From the NCBI GenBank assembly GCA_028282885.1, contig JANQGX010000051.1, positions 503-64,502 of the forward strand: a stretch of 64,000 bases of DNA. Reading direction: 5' to 3'. The notes under the pieces are model-generated. The model saw only the letters and a list, made by a program, of their open reading frames with translations, was not told the origin of the DNA and did not search any database. This DNA is from SAR324 cluster bacterium (GTDB lineage: Bacteria > SAR324 > XYD2-FULL-50-16). The position numbers were made by a program, and so were the translations under genes. Shown here piece after piece: positions 60,075-64,000 of this stretch (the first letter of the stretch is position 1; each line of letters begins with the position of its first letter).

Positions 60075-60525
60075 GATTGTTCGAAGTCAGTTTTTGTTAC
60101 ATTTTAACATTTTCTCAAAAGCCTACAGCCACTCAGATTACTTTGTAAAGGCTGCATAAAACGTGTTCGATTCAGATCCCGAACCGGGCTCCCAACATCT
60201 GTTTTGATTTCGAAAACCCTTCAACTGAAAAAACTGAACCCACCCGGATTACATACCGGGTTCAGGAAAGTAGACGCGAAACCGGCAGGCCCGCTGATAA
60301 TCCTGGCTTGATACTGATAATGATTACTCATATCATATCATCACCGCTTTGCGATGACCATAGATATCTACTCGGAGCACGAGGCTCAAAGGCAAGTCCG
60401 TCGATAGCGACAAAATATTTAACACAAATTGAGCTTTGAACGGTTGTTAATATTTCCGTTCATGTTACAATGGATTGATTACATTGTCAGAGGTGTCATT
60501 TTCCTGCATCTAAACAGACCTACTC

Positions 60526-61332
60526 ATGACTGACAAAAAGATACCTATTTCTCCCGATCAGCAGGTTAGTTTTTTCCAAACCATTATCGAGGCTTACTTC
60601 GAGACATTAAAACAAGCCTTTTCCAAATCCAAGGGAAAGGACTTTGGAGAAGCCGAGTGGGTGCTGATACAACAATCAGGGAGAATAGGTAAAATTTTCA
60701 ATCCGCATGTACTGGTGGACACTTGGGAACAGATGGAACTTTTTCTCAGAAGAGAGTCCAAGCTTCTTTGCTTTATCGAGGAGAAACCCAGTGGGCTGAT
60801 GGAATCCGAGTATAAATTCTGGCTCTTTTTCACTTATGAAACAGCCGAAAACTTTTTCAAAAACCAGGTCGACAAACCAAAAGGGTTCCGAACCGGTGCT
60901 GTAACCGGTTTGCCATATCTCAAATTACTGGAACCTGTTACGGCCAAATTGGATCAGGTGCTCAAAGATAAAGAGATTAACAGCAATAACAAAGTCGGTA
61001 AAATTGTGGAGATTCTTGAAATCGGTGAGTGGTATTTGGATCAACAAGACTTTACAATCCTGGATGTGGAGCTAAAAAAGGGTGTGAAGCAGGTACTAAT
61101 GGCCGAAGTAAAGTCCTTGCTTCAATCCATCGGGAATCCAAGGCTCTCTTCCCTGCTTCTGGAAAAGCGACTTCGTAACGTATTCAAGCTGGGATGGCGA
61201 TATTTCCGAAGCAGGAATGAGCTGGAATCAAAATACTTCAAAAAGCTGCTCTCCGAAAATAACGATGACCGGGAGAAAGGGCTGAAACTCACCGCCAAGA
61301 AAATTGTCGATGCCATCAAGTCGAACTCCTGA
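60526..61332 (+). CDS. Hypothetical protein (268 aa), no recognised domain
   Basis: ORF divergent from the 58758 gene across a 450-nt AT-rich spacer. Confidence 0.45.
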   Translation: MTDKKIPISPDQQVSFFQTIIEAYFETLKQAFSKSKGKDFGEAEWVLIQQSGRIGKIFNPHVLVDTWEQMELFLRRESKLLCFIEEKPSGLMESEYKFWLFFTYETAENFFKNQVDKPKGFRTGAVTGLPYLKLLEPVTAKLDQVLKDKEINSNNKVGKIVEILEIGEWYLDQQDFTILDVELKKGVKQVLMAEVKSLLQSIGNPRLSSLLLEKRLRNVFKLGWRYFRSRNELESKYFKKLLSENNDDREKGLKLTAKKIVDAIKSNS

Positions 61333-61406
61333 ATCCCGCCAAAGCTTATCATCGGTGATTCCCGATAAATATTCCGATAGTTAATAACCTGTTTTAGGAA
61401 GGCGAA

Positions 61407-61799
61407 ATGACAGAATCGATCAACACACATAAGGATATAAACCAACGATTTTGCGGAACCCCCGAACATGTCAAGGACGGATACAGCCGGGTTCGACTGG
61501 AGACCATTCCGGAGATGACTGTTGACACGAAAGGTCTGGTTCATGGTGGTTTTGTCTTTGGATTGGCTGATTATGCAGCGATGATAGCCGTTAATGACCC
61601 CAATGTCGTTTTAGGATCTTCCGACGTTATATTCAAATCCCCGGTTCGGACAGGGGATGTACTGATTGCAGAAGCCACCGTCCGGGAGATAAAGAACAAA
61701 AAGCGGATGGTGGAAGTCAGCGTCAAAAAGGAGGATTTGGAGGTGTTTAAAGGTTCATTTACCTGCTTCGTTTTGGATAAACACGTCCTGGATAGGTAG
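61407..61799 (+). CDS. Hotdog-fold thioesterase, PaaI/YbdB-like
   Basis: GLVHGGFVFGLADYAAMIAV core motif of the PaaI thioesterase family. 130 aa. Confidence 0.7.
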   Translation: MTESINTHKDINQRFCGTPEHVKDGYSRVRLETIPEMTVDTKGLVHGGFVFGLADYAAMIAVNDPNVVLGSSDVIFKSPVRTGDVLIAEATVREIKNKKRMVEVSVKKEDLEVFKGSFTCFVLDKHVLDR

Positions 61800-61889
61800 G
61801 GATTACTTCAATATCGGGATTCTGAAAAGTAGAAGCGAGTTGAAGGTGTTGAAGGCCGTCGTTTGCTTTAAGGGATTTGTTTATAATTC

Positions 61890-63600
61890 CTACAGGTTGA
61901 ATTTGATCAGCGCTTCTTTGAGATCTTTCATGAGAATGGGTTTAGTAATAAATTCGTTCATCCCCACATCCAGGCATTTTTGTCTGTCATCCTTCATGGC
62001 CTTGGCAGTTATGGCAACTATGGGGATCGGGTTCTTGGTCTCATTCTTCTTTTCCAATTCTCTTATAATCCTGGTGGTTTCAAAACCATCCATTTGAGAC
62101 ATCAGGCAATCCATAAAGATCAAGTCGTATTTGCTTTTTTTCAGGCTATTAAGAGCTTCAATTCCGTTTGAAGTGATATCCACATTGTACCCCAGCTTTT
62201 CAAGCATTCCTGTCATAATTGCCTGGTTGACCCGATCATCTTCCACGACCAGTAACATGACATCCTCGGAGGGTTTTCCGACCTTTTCCTTCTCCGATTC
62301 ACTGTAGATGGACAGTTCGGAGATCTCAATAGCCTCCCGTTTTTTAAAAGGTAGCTCCACCCAGAAGGTGCTGCCAACTTCCACCTCACTCTCGACACCA
62401 TGGCTTCCTCCCATGAGTTCAACAAGGCGTTTAACAATCGGCAATCCCAGACCTGTTCCGCCGAATCGTCGGGTTGAGGAAGCATCAACCTGTGTGAAAG
62501 CCTGGAATATCTTCCCGATGGATTCCTCCGGAATACCGATTCCCTGGTCTTTGATCTCAAAGCGCAACCTGACTTCCTGCTTGCCTTCCTCGATTTTTTT
62601 GACAACCAGAAAAACCTCACCCTCCCTTGAGAATTTCAGTGCGTTAGCCAAAAGGTTGGATAGGATTTGGTTCAAACGGTTTGAATCACCTTTCAAGGCG
62701 TTCTCCACATCCTCCCCGATCTCGGATTTGAGTTCCAACCCTTTGGAATTAGCAGTGACTGAAAAGAGGCTAACGATCTGTCTTATTAAATCGCTGAGAT
62801 GGAAATCGATCTCTTCAATAACAAATTTGTCAGCTTCAATCTTTGACAGGTCCAGGATATCATTCAGGATTTTTAGCAGTGCTTTGCCCGAATTGAAGAT
62901 GGTTTCGATACTGTCCCGCTGTTTCGGATTTAAATCCGACTGCAAAACAATCTCCGCCATTCCCAAAACCCCATTCATTGGAGTTCTCAATTCATGGGAC
63001 ATATTGGCCAGAAAATCGGATTTGGCCTCATTTGCGGCTTCAGCTTCCTCCTTGGCCTTGGCTAACTCTCTGTTGGTCGCCTCCAATTTATCTATATACT
63101 GTTTGGTATTTTGATTGAGTGCCCACTTTTTTGTCAGCGCAAGGGCCATCTGAATCACCATAACACTGTCAAATGGTTTGCGGATGAACATCAACTGATC
63201 CGTCATGCCAAGTTCCGAAACGATCTCTTCGAGCGAATAGTCGGAGTGTGCAGTGCAAAGCACGACTTCGATATCGGTGAACTCCTTCCAAATCTTAGCA
63301 ACCGTATCGATGCCGTTATACCCCGGTGGCATTCTGATATCCATAAATATCAGAGAGTAAGGCTTCCCCTCTACTGCTGCGCTACGCACCATTTTCAGTG
63401 CCTCGTCTCCCTGGTAGGCATGATCCAGTACAAAATCTTTGGTGAGATGAACCTGGTAACGCTCCTTATGAATGTCTTCGGAGAATAACTGCCTTTCCAG
63501 ATCTCTCATCTCCTTGTTTTCTTCCACTTTGGCCGAAAGTATCTTGTCGAAATCCCTGTGAATACTTTCGTTATCGTCTGCAATTAAAATTCTGTACATG
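61890..63600 (-). CDS. Hybrid sensor histidine kinase with N- and C-terminal receiver domains (REC-HisKA-HATPase_c-REC)
   Basis: N-terminal REC ([11 protein letters not shown]...[15 protein letters not shown]). H-box [34 protein letters not shown]-terminal REC ([12 protein letters not shown]...[14 protein letters not shown]). Confidence 0.85.
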
Positions 63601-63738
63601 TCGGACCGGGACCGCTTTCGATGGGAATAGTTTTTCAGGCCTCTCAATTATCTAGTGACGATCTTACTTCATCATTTATCAGATAACAAGTTCTATAAAG
63701 ACCACCAATTTGATTGACATTCAATTAGGAATAACAGG

Positions 63739-64000
63739 TCAGCTTATCGAATAAGCTGCCAAAATGTCCGCAACACAACAAGTGAGTTTTTTTACGGTCG
63801 GCAGGTGTAAAAATTCGTTGGGACCGTGAGCGTTGGCATTAGGCCCCAAAACACCACTGACCATGAACTTCGCATCCGGATATTTATTTACCAACAGGTT
63901 CATGAATGGAATAGATCCCCCCTCTCCCATGAACAGTGGCTCTTTTTCAAAGTATGATCTTGAAGCCGTGTCAAATCCCTGCTCCAGCCATTGTGGATGG
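63739..64000 (-). CDS. C-terminal fragment of a probable M20-family peptidase/dipeptidase; the gene continues beyond the window end
   Basis: The frame is open to nt 64000 (..EQGFDTASRSYFEKEPLFMGEGGSIPF...GPNANAHGPNEFLHL), resembling M20 dimerisation/C-terminal regions. Confidence 0.4.
   Translation of the reverse strand, partial: HPQWLEQGFDTASRSYFEKEPLFMGEGGSIPFMNLLVNKYPDAKFMVSGVLGPNANAHGPNEFLHLPTVKKLTCCVADILAAYSIS

Noticed and set aside
60184-60192. CCGGGCTCC, reminiscent of the RNase P RNA P4 region
   Set aside because: Surrounding sequence lacks the other conserved RNase P elements (no GGAAAGTCCGG context, no P4 partner). Likely chance.
62308-63114. 268-aa plus-strand ORF rich in Ser/Leu
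   Set aside because: Antisense to the hybrid histidine kinase gene. Low-complexity translation, no start context.
1-64000. CRISPR arrays, IS elements, integrases, prophage genes
   Set aside because: No regularly spaced direct repeats. No transposase, integrase or phage structural ORFs. No tRNA genes as integration targets.

Overview
This 64 kb window looks like bacterial chromosomal DNA at roughly 45% GC with dense coding on both strands. The gene content (a complete Rnf complex, several multi-domain two-component and c-di-GMP proteins) suggests an anaerobe; the sequence alone does not let me name a phylum. I see no rRNA, tRNA, CRISPR array, transposase or integrase.

Recognisable housekeeping and accessory modules:
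- A znuC-znuB-zur zinc uptake operon with no znuA nearby.
- A MerR-coupled four-gene redox cluster: a CrtI-like flavoprotein, a ferredoxin-NAD(P) reductase-like protein and a nitronate monooxygenase.
- An efflux cluster: a membrane fusion protein plus RND pump, converging on a MATE exporter.
- A complete rnfCDGEAB-rseC operon, followed by an FmdB zinc-ribbon gene and a UPF0251/DUF134 gene.
- A GntR(YtrA-like)-SPFH-MMPL/RND exporter operon.
- Several signalling proteins: a REC-PAS-PAS-HD-GYP-REC c-di-GMP phosphodiesterase and two hybrid histidine kinases.
- tcdA, tatD, rluA-family and alaX-like genes, and various hydrolases.

The candidates I would look at first for novelty:
1. A 1,043 aa membrane protein that fuses a zinc ribbon, a catalytically degenerate Ser/Thr-kinase-like domain, a TM helix, an intact trypsin-like protease and a TPR-like tail.
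2. A 630 aa protein with an internal tandem duplication of a TerB-like domain, a highly acidic linker and a C-terminal Cys4 region (possibly DUF2225-like).
3. A three-gene minus-strand unit: CreA-family protein, 1,049 aa protein with no recognisable domain, and an 80 aa acidic protein.
4. A run of orphan genes at 57-61 kb.
5. Two unusually long intergenic regions (5.5-6.4 kb and 32.9-33.4 kb) that may carry regulatory DNA or a small RNA.

All family assignments are from motif recognition by eye. Start codons are approximate.
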